This document shows positions 23,380-34,664 of a stretch of DNA of 64,000 nucleotides, piece by piece; positions within the stretch are counted from its first letter, which is position 1; each line of letters opens with the position of its first letter. The stretch comes from Moniliella sp. 'wahieum' (lineage: Eukaryota): the NCBI GenBank assembly GCA_003971905.1, contig RSEE01000070.1:186001-250000 (forward strand), read 5' to 3'. The notes beneath the pieces are model-generated. The model was not told the DNA's origin. It did no database searches and saw only the letters and a program-made list of their open reading frames with translations. A program made the translations under genes and the position numbers.

Positions 23380-25888
23380 CGCCCCGTCCTCCTTCGTCCC
23401 ACTCGTCCCGCTCGTAGCCGTCGCTGCACCCGCAACGCCAGCGCCAACGCCAGGCCCTGCTTGCCAACCAACTTGGTCAGCGCATCGTGCGTCGCGCGCG
23501 CTTTCCGCTCCTCGGGTTCCTTGGCCCGCACCGCCGCGGCATGCGCGACCAAATCGTCCGACTCGCTCCGTCTGGGACGCGTCAGTTCGGTTCCGACCGA
23601 CCCGACCCTGACCCCGATCCCGATCGTGATTCTGACGCCGAGTCGGAACGCGAAGGGGCCATCGCGGGCGCGTGGGCAGTGTGCGGGCCGTGCTCTTCAG
23701 ACGAAGGCGTATCGTGCGAACCGGTCCGCCTGCGCAGCATCCGGCTCAGACGATGCCGGCCAGGGGAGAAGGAGCGACGCGAATGAGAATGGCCTAGCGA
23801 TGGCGAGGCCGGTGTAGCTGCAGCTGCAGCCGCAGCCGCTTCCTGCTCGTTAGGGACAAGGACTCACGCGAGCGAAGTGAGGCGCGCGATGCCGTTTCCC
23901 CACCAGCCGACGCACCGGACGAATTGGAATTGCGCGGCGCACGCGGATGGTGGTGAAGTAGATGCGAGCCATGGCGGACGATACCTTGCAAGCTGCCACG
24001 GAACGTGTCCCCCGAGCGGGACTTGGACGTGCGGGACGAAGCCGTGTCGCGCGTGTCTGTTAGAGTAGGGACAACAGGCTTGCTCACGGACGAGCCGGAC
24101 GACGCGCGGGTATCGCTGGATCCGGTGGACCGCTGGCTCCCCGACCGAGCTATCCTGCTTGGGCGGCGCAAGGCCGGTTGCCTTGGTCAGAGGGCGCGTC
24201 GGACAAGTTCTTGGAACGAGACGCGACCGGTGTCGCCCGGGTGTCCCCCGGGGTGGAAAAGTCCAGATGGTCCATCTCGTTGCCTGGGGAGGCCACCAGT
24301 GGTTGTGCATGGGGTGCAGCGGCTCTAGGTAGGTCCGAGCCGACACGTACCGCTCCAGATCGTTGTCCCCGTCGTCTTCCACAGACAAGATGGGAGGTTG
24401 AGCCGGGGCTGGTGGTTCCGCTGCGGCAGGGGCAGGAGCAGGCGTAGGGGCAGGTTCAGGCACAGATGCAGGAGGGATCGAGGAGGAAGGAGTGTCGTTC
24501 TTGGACGGGGTGTCGACCGCGACTGAATCCCGTGTGGAAGAGGAGATGGAAGATAAGCTGGGCCGGGCGAGGTCCGAGTGCGGGTTGGGGACGTGCCGTG
24601 GCACATCGGGAGGCGAGCTGGCGCCGATCCAGGCCAAGCATCCTCGCCCCCTCGAATGATGTACTCGGACGCACCCACTTTGCCCCCGCACACGGTTAAG
24701 AAACGGGCATCATTTCTTTTTGCGTTCGGTCAGGGTGTGCAGCAGGGCGGGCCAGTACGTGCTGTGGTGATAAACAGGGTCAAGGTCGCCCCCGCTGCGT
24801 AGAGAGAAACATGGGAATCAGCGGTTGGTCAGCATAGTTGCAGAGAAAAGAGGGGAGGGGGGGGGGGTGAAATGGGATGAGTGTAGAGGCAAGAAGAAAG
24901 AAAGAGCACGTACAAGTCCCCCAGCAATTGCGAAGCAACTACTTCGCCCATAATTGCCTCGTCAAACATGCACTTGGTGGTATTGGGGTCGATAAACGAC
25001 TGGATCGCGTTCCAAAAGAGTTTAAAGATCCATGGGACTGCCAGAGGGTAGTGAAAAGGAACAAGGAGGTTAGAGGGTTGGTACGTCGATCGATAGGCCA
25101 GCACCGAGGAAAGAGGGAGACAAGGACGCACCATTGATGCACATTGCAACGCCCAATCGTTCGACGTAGTGGTTCTGGAGAATGTAGAGCATGAGCTTGG
25201 CATTGGAAATTGAAGTGGGGTTGCGCGACTTGTTTTCAAAGTTGATCAGCGCCAACTGTTCCACCCCGGGCGGCATCAAGTCAATGCACGCATCCAAGAT
25301 CCACACCGCATACTTCATCTGTCGTTCGGTTTCGGGGGTATCGCTGCGGTGGGGGTGCATGTAGTGCAAGGGCCGACCATGTCGGTCGAAGCCAAGAACC
25401 GTCTCCTTGCCCGACTTGGCCTCCGGTTCGACATAGGCGGCCGAAATCGCATCGGCACCAAACTCGCGCCGCCAGGCAATCGTTTCAGTCAACCGTTTCT
25501 TGGCCTGCTCCACGTCCCACTTGGTCGCACGCAGGTAGCGCAGAATACTTTCGCGCGTCATCAGGCGCATCTTCTCCACGTCGGTCAGTGGCGCCAGGGG
25601 AAGCGGGGCCTTGCCTTTTCCGGGGAGCTGTTGGGGGTAGGCTTCGGTGCTGGTAAAGTAGGCGAGGCACGTGTCGTACTTGTCGCGCTGCTCGGGCGTG
25701 AGGGGCCGGTACGGGAAGGCGCGCGCATGGGGGTCGGGGTGGAGGAGGAGGGAGGAGGAGGAGGAGGACAGGAGGGAGCGGGCGGCAGGGTGGACGCCCC
25801 ACAGGTTGCCTTCGCTGCGGCTTGTGACGAGCTGCAGCTGGGCGGGGCCGGGTCGGGGCAGGCAAGAGGTCGGCGCTGCCGGTGGCAT
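23380..25888 (-). CDS. PDR16: PDR16/SFH3-type CRAL-TRIO (Sec14) lipid-transfer protein with a long Ser/Pro-rich C-terminal extension
   Basis: LMTRESILRYLRATKWDVEQAKKRLTETIAWRREFG, EPEAKSGKETVLGFDRHGRPL, MPPGVEQLAL, LQNHYVERLG, VPWIFKLFW...FIDP, YWPALL, CGGKVGASEYIIRGG. Introns near 25040-25130 and 24840-24913. Confidence 0.88.
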
Positions 25889-26967
25889 GGTTGGAGAGCG
25901 GGTGCACGGATGTGGGCCGGCGGGTGCGGTGTGGGTGTGGGTGGGCGCATGGAGGGGGTGGGAGTGGTGGAGGGGAGCGAGAGCGGGAGCAGGGGGGGTG
26001 GAAGGCGCAGGAGACAAGCGCAGATGCGCCGTAAGCAGCATGCCATAAAATTCAGCCTGGCAGGCACGTGACCCATCATGCTTGCAGCTGGTCGTGAAGC
26101 GTTCGAGGCTGCGCTGAGCACCGAGGCACGGCGCCAGCCTTCCGCTGCGTGGGGCGCGCTGCCGGGGGCTGCTGCCCGCGCGCCTCCCATCCGTTCCGGG
26201 CAGGCGGCGGGTGGCCTCTGGCCTCTGCCGCAGTCGGCCGTACGCATTACGCGTTACGTCACTTGTCACTCGCTCCGTCCTAGCGTGTGGACCCGAACAG
26301 CAGCCCTCGCGCCTCGCCGAACCTCCTTCGGGCAGTTCGTGTGAGATGCATGTCAGATCGCACATGCTCAGCGCAGCCCATCGCAATCTCTGAATCTGGA
26401 TTGATCTGCCAACCATGTCACGCTCAGGATGCACTACGCCCCGACCCATCCCACAACCTGCTCTGGCCACCCCTCGGCGGCTTTCCGCTCGTTCGCCACT
26501 CCATTGGCTGACACCAGCCATCCTGGCCCCCTGCTCACTACTCCTAGCTAGTCACTCCCGCCGGACCTCGGCCTCATGCCGCAGGGGGGAAATGGCAAAC
26601 GACTGGAGTACAGCCACACCAGGCCAGATGCAGGCAGAACGACAAAGAAGCCACAGAGCAGCCCAGAGATGCAAGGGGAAAGGGGCAGTATCACCAGTGT
26701 GGGCGAGTTGCAAGCGGCTCTACGCAGCAACTCCCGTCACCAGTGTCGGTCCAGCAGTCTCGCTTCAACTTCAAACTTCAAGCTTCAAGCTTCTAGTTCC
26801 CAGCCTTCCCATTCGACAGGACAATGATGGACATGTGGCATGAGAGGGAAAGGGTCTAAGATCTAAGCGCTAACCGACCCGGCACTGACGCGGACGGGAG
26901 ATGAGAGCATGACAAAGAAGAAGAGAAAGGCGTCAACCAGAGAGGGAGAGCAGAGCACCAGTGTCTG

Positions 26968-29009
26968 TCAGACCAGGGTATCGATGTTTGGCCACCCATC
27001 TGAGATGTACGTGTGCCCATCACGGCGCGGTGATTCGAACCAAGAGATCTGGGGCCTAGGATATGGACGTTCAAATCCAACCTCCAGCCTCAGGTCCCCC
27101 AGACCTCCAACCAGATCTGAGCACAGCCAACGGGGGGTGGGGAGGACGCGGACAAGGCGAACAAGTAGCACGGTGCCACGAGAGAACGGATGGGGAGCCT
27201 CAGTATGCAAAAAGAGACAAGACAGGGGTGGGTGGCAGTCTACACCTTGCGACCAACGCACCCACCACGTACCCACCACGCTTACCTCGCCACTGCACCC
27301 GCATACGCCCCTACCACGCCGTCTTCCCCAGCAGACCTTGCTGGAACAGCACCGGCACCGGACGCGGGCCAGTGCCCTGCACCCGCGCTCGACCCGCCGT
27401 GCTGGTCGGGCAAGGAGCCTGGGCGGGAAGAATGGGAAGGAGCATGGGAGGCGGGACGCGAGGCGGTCGAAGGCGGGTAAGTAGGTCCACTTAGTTTGCC
27501 CGTTCTAGGGGTTTGCAGTACCGAGCTCATTCCTGTGGGGGCGCACCAAGGCCATTGCCATGGGCGTACATTTGCCCCGGTGGCGAGGCAGAGGCAGCAA
27601 TGGTCATTGGAGTTGTTTCGCCCAGAGGTTGGTCGACTTGGGAGCTATTGGCGCGGCTCATGTCCGAGCTGGGGGGGAAATAGGATTTGCGACGTTGCTT
27701 GAGATGGTCAAAGGGCAAAAAGTGTTCTTCCATGTAGCGCATTTCGGGCGACAAGGAGTCCAGGTCGACATCTTCTTTTCTTCGACGCGCCTTGAGTGGG
27801 TTTTCTTCCAGCAACAGTTCTTCCAGCTCGTGGGACGCGTCAAAGTTGGCCCGCTTGTTCTGTGGGCCAAGGCGGGTGGGTAGGTCAGTACATCATGCAA
27901 GAAACAGGACAGAGCGCAGGAGGGAACGACGTACGTCAGGCTGAAAAGGTGGTGTCACTTCTTTCTTGGCAATGGCGGTCCAGTCCATACCGGAAAACCA
28001 CGGGTGCGCCTGAAGCTCGGCGAGACCGCCTGCGCTAGCCGTTTGGCCGGGTCGCGTTCAAGGCAGCCCTTGACGAATGACACGGCTTCAGGAGAGACAA
28101 TTTCGGAGATGTTGTCCGGGAAGACGTACCGAGCGTGTAAGATCGCGTTGGTAAGGGACGAGTTGGTCTTGCCCTTGAACGGTCGATGACCAAACAACAT
28201 TTCATACACCATCACGCCTAACGACCACCAATCGACGGCAGAAAGGTAGCCGCGTTTGGCCAGCACTTCCGGCGCCATGTACGCCATGCTCCCAGCGACC
28301 GAGGTGAGCATCCGGCGGGAAGAGTAGTGCACAGCAATGTTAAAGTCGGTCAAAGCTACATGCCCCTGGTCATCCAGCAAGACATTGTCGGGCTTGAGAT
28401 CACGATGCACAATTTGCATGCCGTGCAGATAGTCCAGTGCAAGGGACAGCTCGGCAACATAGAAGCGGACGATATCTTCGCGCATGTTGCCATTCCGGTC
28501 GAGGTGGAAGCGCAGGTCACCACCCAGCATTAGGTCCAGCACCATAAAGAGGTTCTCGTCATCTTGGAATGCATACTGGGAGGTGGGAGGGGAAAGAAAA
28601 GCGAGAACGAAGACCGGGTCAGAGACCTGCCTGCTCGTGCACAAGGAGAGAAAAGAAGAATACGTACACGCAAGTTGCAGATAAAGGGGCTTTCGATCTC
28701 CTCCAGCATGCGGCGTTCCTGGATGACGTTGGAGACCGCGTGCATTTTGATGCACTTGGCTTTGTTGATGTACTTGAGCGCGTACAGGTTCTGTGGAGCA
28801 GGACAAGAACGAGGATAAGGGAGGGAGGGGTCAGTGGTGTGCATGAGGGGGTAGGCAAAGGGAGGCGGACGTGCCTTGGTCTGCTTGTGTTGGACAACGC
28901 GGACCTTGCCAAAGGCGCCGCGGCCAACGGCGCGGAGGAGGTTGAAGTGGTAGAGGTCGACAGGGCCATCGTAGTTGACAGGGTCGGGCTTGCAGCACAG
29001 GATGCCCAT
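26968..29009 (-). CDS. AGC-group YANK/STK32-like Ser/Thr kinase
   Basis: MGILCCKP (candidate myristoylation/palmitoylation), HFNLLRAVGRGAFGKV, YALKYINK, YAFQDDENLFMVLDLMLGGDLRFHL, HRDLKPDN, TDFNIA, GSMAYMAPE, ELEELLLEENPLKAR. Several introns; 3' end approximate. Confidence 0.92.
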
Positions 29010-29480
29010 GGCGCAGCAGAATGCAAAGAGGGGGGCAGGGGAGGCAAGACGAGACAGCAGGGCAGGCAGGGCAAGCAGCAGCTCAAAGCACTTGCATGAC
29101 TGGCGACAGGGTTGCAATGCGACGTGCGGACAGACACCAGGCAGCCGGGCCGGGCGGGTGAGGAGAGGTGGGGGAGTGGGAGTGGGGAAACGAGTGTCGG
29201 GCACCGCGGGCGGGCGCGGTGGCCGTCAAGAGGGGCGGAGGTGGGGTGGGGGGGGGGCAGCCAGAGCAGAGCACCTGGGGGGCTGGCTGGCTGGGCGGCT
29301 GGGGCCCAGTGGGGCGGCAATGGGGGAGACGCTCTGGGGCGCGCTTGTCTGCGACTGCGGCGTACTGCCTGCGGTCCAGACAGCACCCGCCCATTAAAAT
29401 GTTGCCCAACAGATTCCTGCCCAGTCCAGTCCAGACGACTGCGTCTGAATATCTGAAGCCGCCGCCCTAGTAGCTCCTCC

Positions 29481-31286
29481 ATGCCGGCCCCTCTCCCCAC
29501 TGCGCTTGCCCTCACCGCCGTGCGCGCCGCCGCCAGCACAGACACCCTCCCCACACCCTCGCCTCTATCCCCCAGCCGTCCCCGTGCCACCTGCGCTTCC
29601 CCCGCGCCGCCGCTGGTCGCCCGATGGCGGCTCCCACCTCCTCCAGCGCGACGACCATCGGGTAGTGTGTACCGCGTCGGCCAGGCCGACGGCCACACGT
29701 CTCTGTCTTGGATCTGACCATGGAGCTCGCCAGCCATCGCCGCTGCTCACCACCCAGTGGTATCCTTTGCCTATGGCGGCGCCTCGGACGAGCCATCCTG
29801 GATGCTGCTCCTCTCGGCCCGCGACACCTTGCGTCTGGTCGATGCCCACTGGGCCAGACCAGGTACGCCTATGCGGTGCCGAGCCACACCGAAACACGCT
29901 GCTTGCGGCCTACAGTGCGCTGATTGTCCCTGCCCCGCCTGCTGCTCAGGACGTGCCTGGGCCCATGGCCGTCTTGTACGCCGGCCTGGACAATGCCACG
30001 CTCGCGCTGGTGGACGTAACCCACCCAACCACGTGCGTAGCAGCGCGGGTGCCACTTGGGCTGCGCGCTGGCCATGCTGCCTGCAGCGCATTCGGTCCCA
30101 GGCTCCGTCCTTGGCACGCACAAGGGGCCCCCTCGGACAGAGGGGAATTGTGACTTGCCTCACGTTGATCCCCCAGGGCTTGGATGACGAGTCGTCAGAG
30201 CTGCTGGCGGTCGGCACATCCGATGGGTCCATCGGGCTGTACGACACTGCGTGTCTCTGTTTGTTGGCTGGGTTTGGCAGTCGGAGCGAGTGGGACCCCC
30301 AACGGACGCAGCAAGTCGAATTGCTCGGGTTGAACGCTTGTGTCGCAGGGTGGAGGGTTGGCCTGCGCACGTTCCAGTCCCACTCCAACGGTCGGGGCGT
30401 ACCGAACCCCCCGAGGCCGTTTCGCAAATCACTCTTCTTCCTGGCTGCCCGTACCTCATGGCGGTTTCCCAACGCCGCTTTCCAGGGCGCATCTTGGTGT
30501 ACGATTTACGGTACATCCCACGCCATGCTGCACCGGCCGTTTGCTGCGTACCCCTCTCTCTCGGGACCGCCTATACTCCCGAGTTCGAAGTATGGTCCAA
30601 CAGAGCCCCCTGGACTTTACAGCGCCAGCTCCCGCCGCGGCTTTGGTCGCCGTACTTCAGCCGCCCGACCTGTTCCCGAAAAGTATGCAACCAACCAACG
30701 AATTATGTTCTCTGTCGACAGCCAAAGTACATTGCTCGCTTCGGGGGCCAAGGACGATGGGGTGGTGCATCTCTATGACGTGTCGGAAGATACACTGTTG
30801 GACCGCTCTCTCGGGCTCCTCCGCTCGCCAACGGTTTCTTTCCGTGCTCATAACGGTTCGTCTCCCACCCTTTTCCCGTTTGCAGCCCTAGGCTTCTCAC
30901 TCCTGTTTTTTTCTTTTTTCTTCTTCTTTGTGTACTTGTCTGTGCAGATGTGGTCTCATCCTGTGCGTTCCACCCTTACTATCCATGCTGCTGACTACCG
31001 CAGGCTCCCGTCACTTCCCCTCCCTTTTATCCGAGTCTTCGGACAGCGATTCGGACGACAGCAGTGCCTCGTCTCAACATCCGCAACCCACCCCGGACGC
31101 AGGTGACCCCACTCCCTCCTTCCCTGTTGTCCGCCTGTGCCAAATCGCCTCCGGCTGCACCTTCTCCCTCTTCCTCGTCAGACACATCGCCTTCTGCCAT
31201 CTCCTCCAACTCGGATGCAGAAGCTGGCGAATGGAGTAGGACGTTCGCCCGGGATGCCAGCGTAAAGCTATGGGACATGCGTTGAT
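29481..31286 (+). CDS. WD40 protein, WRAP53/TCAB1 (Swt21)-like
   Basis: QWYPFAYGG...WMLLLSARDTLRLVDA, GQRGIVTCL, LLAVGTSDGSIGLYD, ATNQRIMFSVD...LLASG, RDASVKLWDM-stop. Heavily frameshifted; intron ~30855-30947. Confidence 0.72.
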
Positions 31287-31475
31287 CGCGGAGGTCATTA
31301 TGATCCTTGGCCAATCTACTGAGGGTGAGTGTCATGCACGGTCATGCAGTGGTGTTGGTTTTTTTTGGTCCCGGAAATCTAGTCTTTGCTCTCTATGCTT
31401 CCCTAAAGCTTGACCATGGCTGTATAGGTGAGATACGAGAGACAGGTCGGGGCAGGAACGATGGGGTTCCGTCAA

Positions 31476-34313
31476 TTAAGATGCTAGCGGCTCGCTTTCA
31501 GGGCGGGGAGGCTCGGTAGAAAGTTGTGTGGCACCCTGTTCTGGGTCCTTGTCCGACTCGTCCTTGAGGTGGGCATCCTGGCCCATCCCACGATACTTGC
31601 GATCGGCGCCGCTGAGCGTGAGCAAGCGCTGCACTTCGGGCGATGTGTCGGACTTGAGCACCTCTCGCAGCACCATGGTCGCATACGTCGACACGGGGAG
31701 CTCAAACACCAACTGCAACGCCAAGAAGGGCCCTTGACCCTCTGTGACCAGCTCGGCTTGGCCCAGCGGCGGCGGCGCCAACGCAGCGGCTGTCGTGGGG
31801 TCAATGGGGGGGTTGGACGGGCCCCTGAGCCCGTCCTGCCATAACTGTGCCAGCGCCGCATCTTCGTCCGAGACGGTCAAGTCGACTTCGGGATCGGTGT
31901 AGCGAATGAGTTTGGCGCGCACGTTGCGAGGTCGAGTGACCATGTGGCGGTACACACCAGCATACGGTACTCTTTCCAATCGGACGAGTACATGCTCTGT
32001 TGCGACAGCCCATCCGACGCATAAATCCGACCCAGTTCTTGGCCTAGCCACGTATCCTCGGGATCCGCACCTCGCTCCCGGGCATGGGCATCACCACGTC
32101 CGCCAACGTGTATTGCGTCAGGTCATCTTGCTCTGTCAACACCTTGACTGCCGGGAGCGAGGGACGGTCGGTTTTCTTGGCATTGGGATTGACTGGTCAG
32201 GACCTGTTGGTTCCTCCCGTCCTCCCCCTCCTCTTCGTCCGGCGGCAGCGTCGTCCCCCATCGACATCCTCCTCAGACAAGGACGCGTGCTTGTCGGCCA
32301 AGACGTAGTCCCCGACCATCACCTTGCGCCCCCGTCGCAGACGAGCGGAGACGCACTTGTTCCACACGTACGACTGGTACGCATGGCAGTACATGATGCG
32401 CAAATTGCGCGCGACGCCCTGGAGGATCAAGAACCAATCGTGTTCCCGTCCTGTGCGCTCATTGTCAATCATGCGTCCTACGATCGCCGCTCGCCCACGT
32501 ACGAGCGAGGTAGCCATAGTACGCCTTCTGCAAGTTGCCTGCGCGGAACTCGGCGCGGGCCTGGGCGGTGGTAGGGTTGTCGGTGATCCGGTCGGCCATG
32601 ATGAGATCCACCACGCCTTGTAGTCGCCCTTGAAGATCAGCACGCCAATCGCATGGGTCGAAACGTTGGTCGCCAAACCGCTGCAAGCCAAAGTAATTGA
32701 TGCACCCTTGTTCTCCCAGTGCGTGGATCGCTTGGGCCACCAACCCTTCCAACTCGGGGTCCGACGCCGCCGCTCCTTCCGATCCTGACCTCGGTTGTGG
32801 TTCGGCCTCGGCATTGGCATCGGGGTTAGCGTCGGCAGTGGCGCCCAGTCCACCCGGCTGGACGCGGCTCACATTGCGCAGCGTAATACAAACTCGTTAC
32901 CTTGCAGAAACCCAAGACGAAGTTCTTGGTGCACATAGGCCAAGCGGCCAACCCGGACCGCATTGGGCGCCCGCCGCGTCAGGGCATCCAACAAGCTCGT
33001 TCGATCCTTGTCCCAATTGTCCGAGGGACCGGTACCTTTCCTTTGTGGCTCGTCGGTCGCCCGCCGAGTCGCGGCCGGCCTGGCCAGCACGGTAATGCTG
33101 CGGCGCAAGAATCCGGTTCAGCGCCAGGTACACATCTTCCACCGTCTTCTTGCCCCGTTTGAATGTGACGGCCTGTGTGGTCACCGCTCGCTTGTCCTTC
33201 GTGCCCGCAAAGGCGAGAGCAGGGGTGACTGTACCGCTCTTGTGCTGCATGCCCAAGTTGCGCGTCAAGATGCCCGCTGCGTCGTACAGTTCCCGATTGG
33301 TCTTTTGCAGCAAAAACGTGATAAATGGCGGGTGGGCTTGGTTGGCCGCCAGTTCGTCAGACGAGGTGACACGACGGTTGTCCACTTTCCCCTTGGTCCA
33401 TCGCAGTGTCAAAAAGGGTTGGGGCACATTGCCATTGTCCGCTGGTGCATTCAGAATCGCATCCTCCACTTCCATCTCTGGATCCAACTTCTTGGCTTGC
33501 TGCGCCGTGACGGCCGACGAAGTCAAGTGTTCTCGGAACAGGCTCCGGATCGTCATGCGCCGCAGTCCGCATGTCCCGGTCCATGTACGTGCGACAGAGC
33601 ACGACACGCGTATCGACAGGAGCAGAGGGTTTGCGTTGACCTTTGCCTTTGTTGGTGCGTTTCCCCCGTGCGTCCGGCGCGGCAGCAGCCGAGGGGGCCG
33701 TCGTCGTGCTTTCCTTCCTTTTTGGATCGCCCGCCCCATTCGCTCCTTGGCCTTGACCGGTTTGAGTGGCCCCGCAAGCCAAAGGTCATGGATCTGCTGG
33801 ATCTCCCGCTCGCTCCACCCGTCCGCGGCGAGGCGGGCCGGTGCGTCGTCAGGCCAAGCCCGTTGGTGGAGGAAAGATTGGGTAGCAGAAAGACGAGCGT
33901 CGCGTTCGGCCTGTTCCTTGGCCAAGCGCTCCTGGACCAGTTCAGGGTGCAGAAACTCAGCCTGTTCGCGCTCGAGGCGCTGGCGCAGCGGCGGCGGGGG
34001 AAGCAGATCGTCCGCTGTCAGACGACAGATTTGCCCATCAAGGTAATCTCGCGCACTTGAAAGTCGGAAAAACGCTGCTTGATCACAGCGTGGAACGGCG
34101 CGAGCTGGGAGGAGAGGTATTCCTCCACGCCCACGTCCGTTTCGTGCACAGCCTTCTTGTCGGCCTGGCGGGTGAGCGCAGCGGCCATGGCGCCGCCCTG
34201 GGCGTCGGGAGGAGGTGCGGGAGATGCCGGAGACGCGGGCTGCGGGGAGCCGATGCGCAGCGCTTCGACGGCTCGGCGGCGGGGGTGGGCGAGTGGGGGG
34301 GCGGATGGTCCAT
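31476..34313 (-). CDS. PUS7: TruD-family multisubstrate pseudouridine synthase
   Basis: ETDVGVEEYL, IKQRFSDFQVREI, catalytic FAGTKDKRAVTTQ, LRLGFLQGNEF, INYFGLQRFG, RIMYCHAYQSYVWN, FELPVSTYATMVLREVLK. Confidence 0.95.
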
Positions 34314-34664
34314 GGGGGGTGGGAATGCAGGCAGATGGATGGGAACGGATGGCCAGCGTGCGCTTGCCTGTTGGCTGTGGAGCGTGGGCTCTCGCGGGCA
34401 GCAAAAAAATATCCAGATGGGGGGAATCCACTTGCACCGCAACTGAAATTGGTACGGCCACAGCCAAAGCGGGTCACGTGCCGCTCCGGCGGGGCGGAAT
34501 GGGATGAAGGATGAACATTTGAATGCGAGCGCATGCCGTGTGCCACGGCTGCTGACGACTGCAATCTCTTCGGACAGGTAATCCTACGCGGTTGGCAGTC
34601 AGGTGGCGCGCCGCGTCGGTCCGCCCGTCCTTGGCCCCTCGCCCTCCACCACCACCATCAGCCC

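Noticed and set aside
6779..34313. Functional clustering (OXR1/MDV1/PIM1 mitochondrial; TCAB1/PUS7 RNA modification)
   Set aside because: Interleaved with unrelated genes; compatible with chance.
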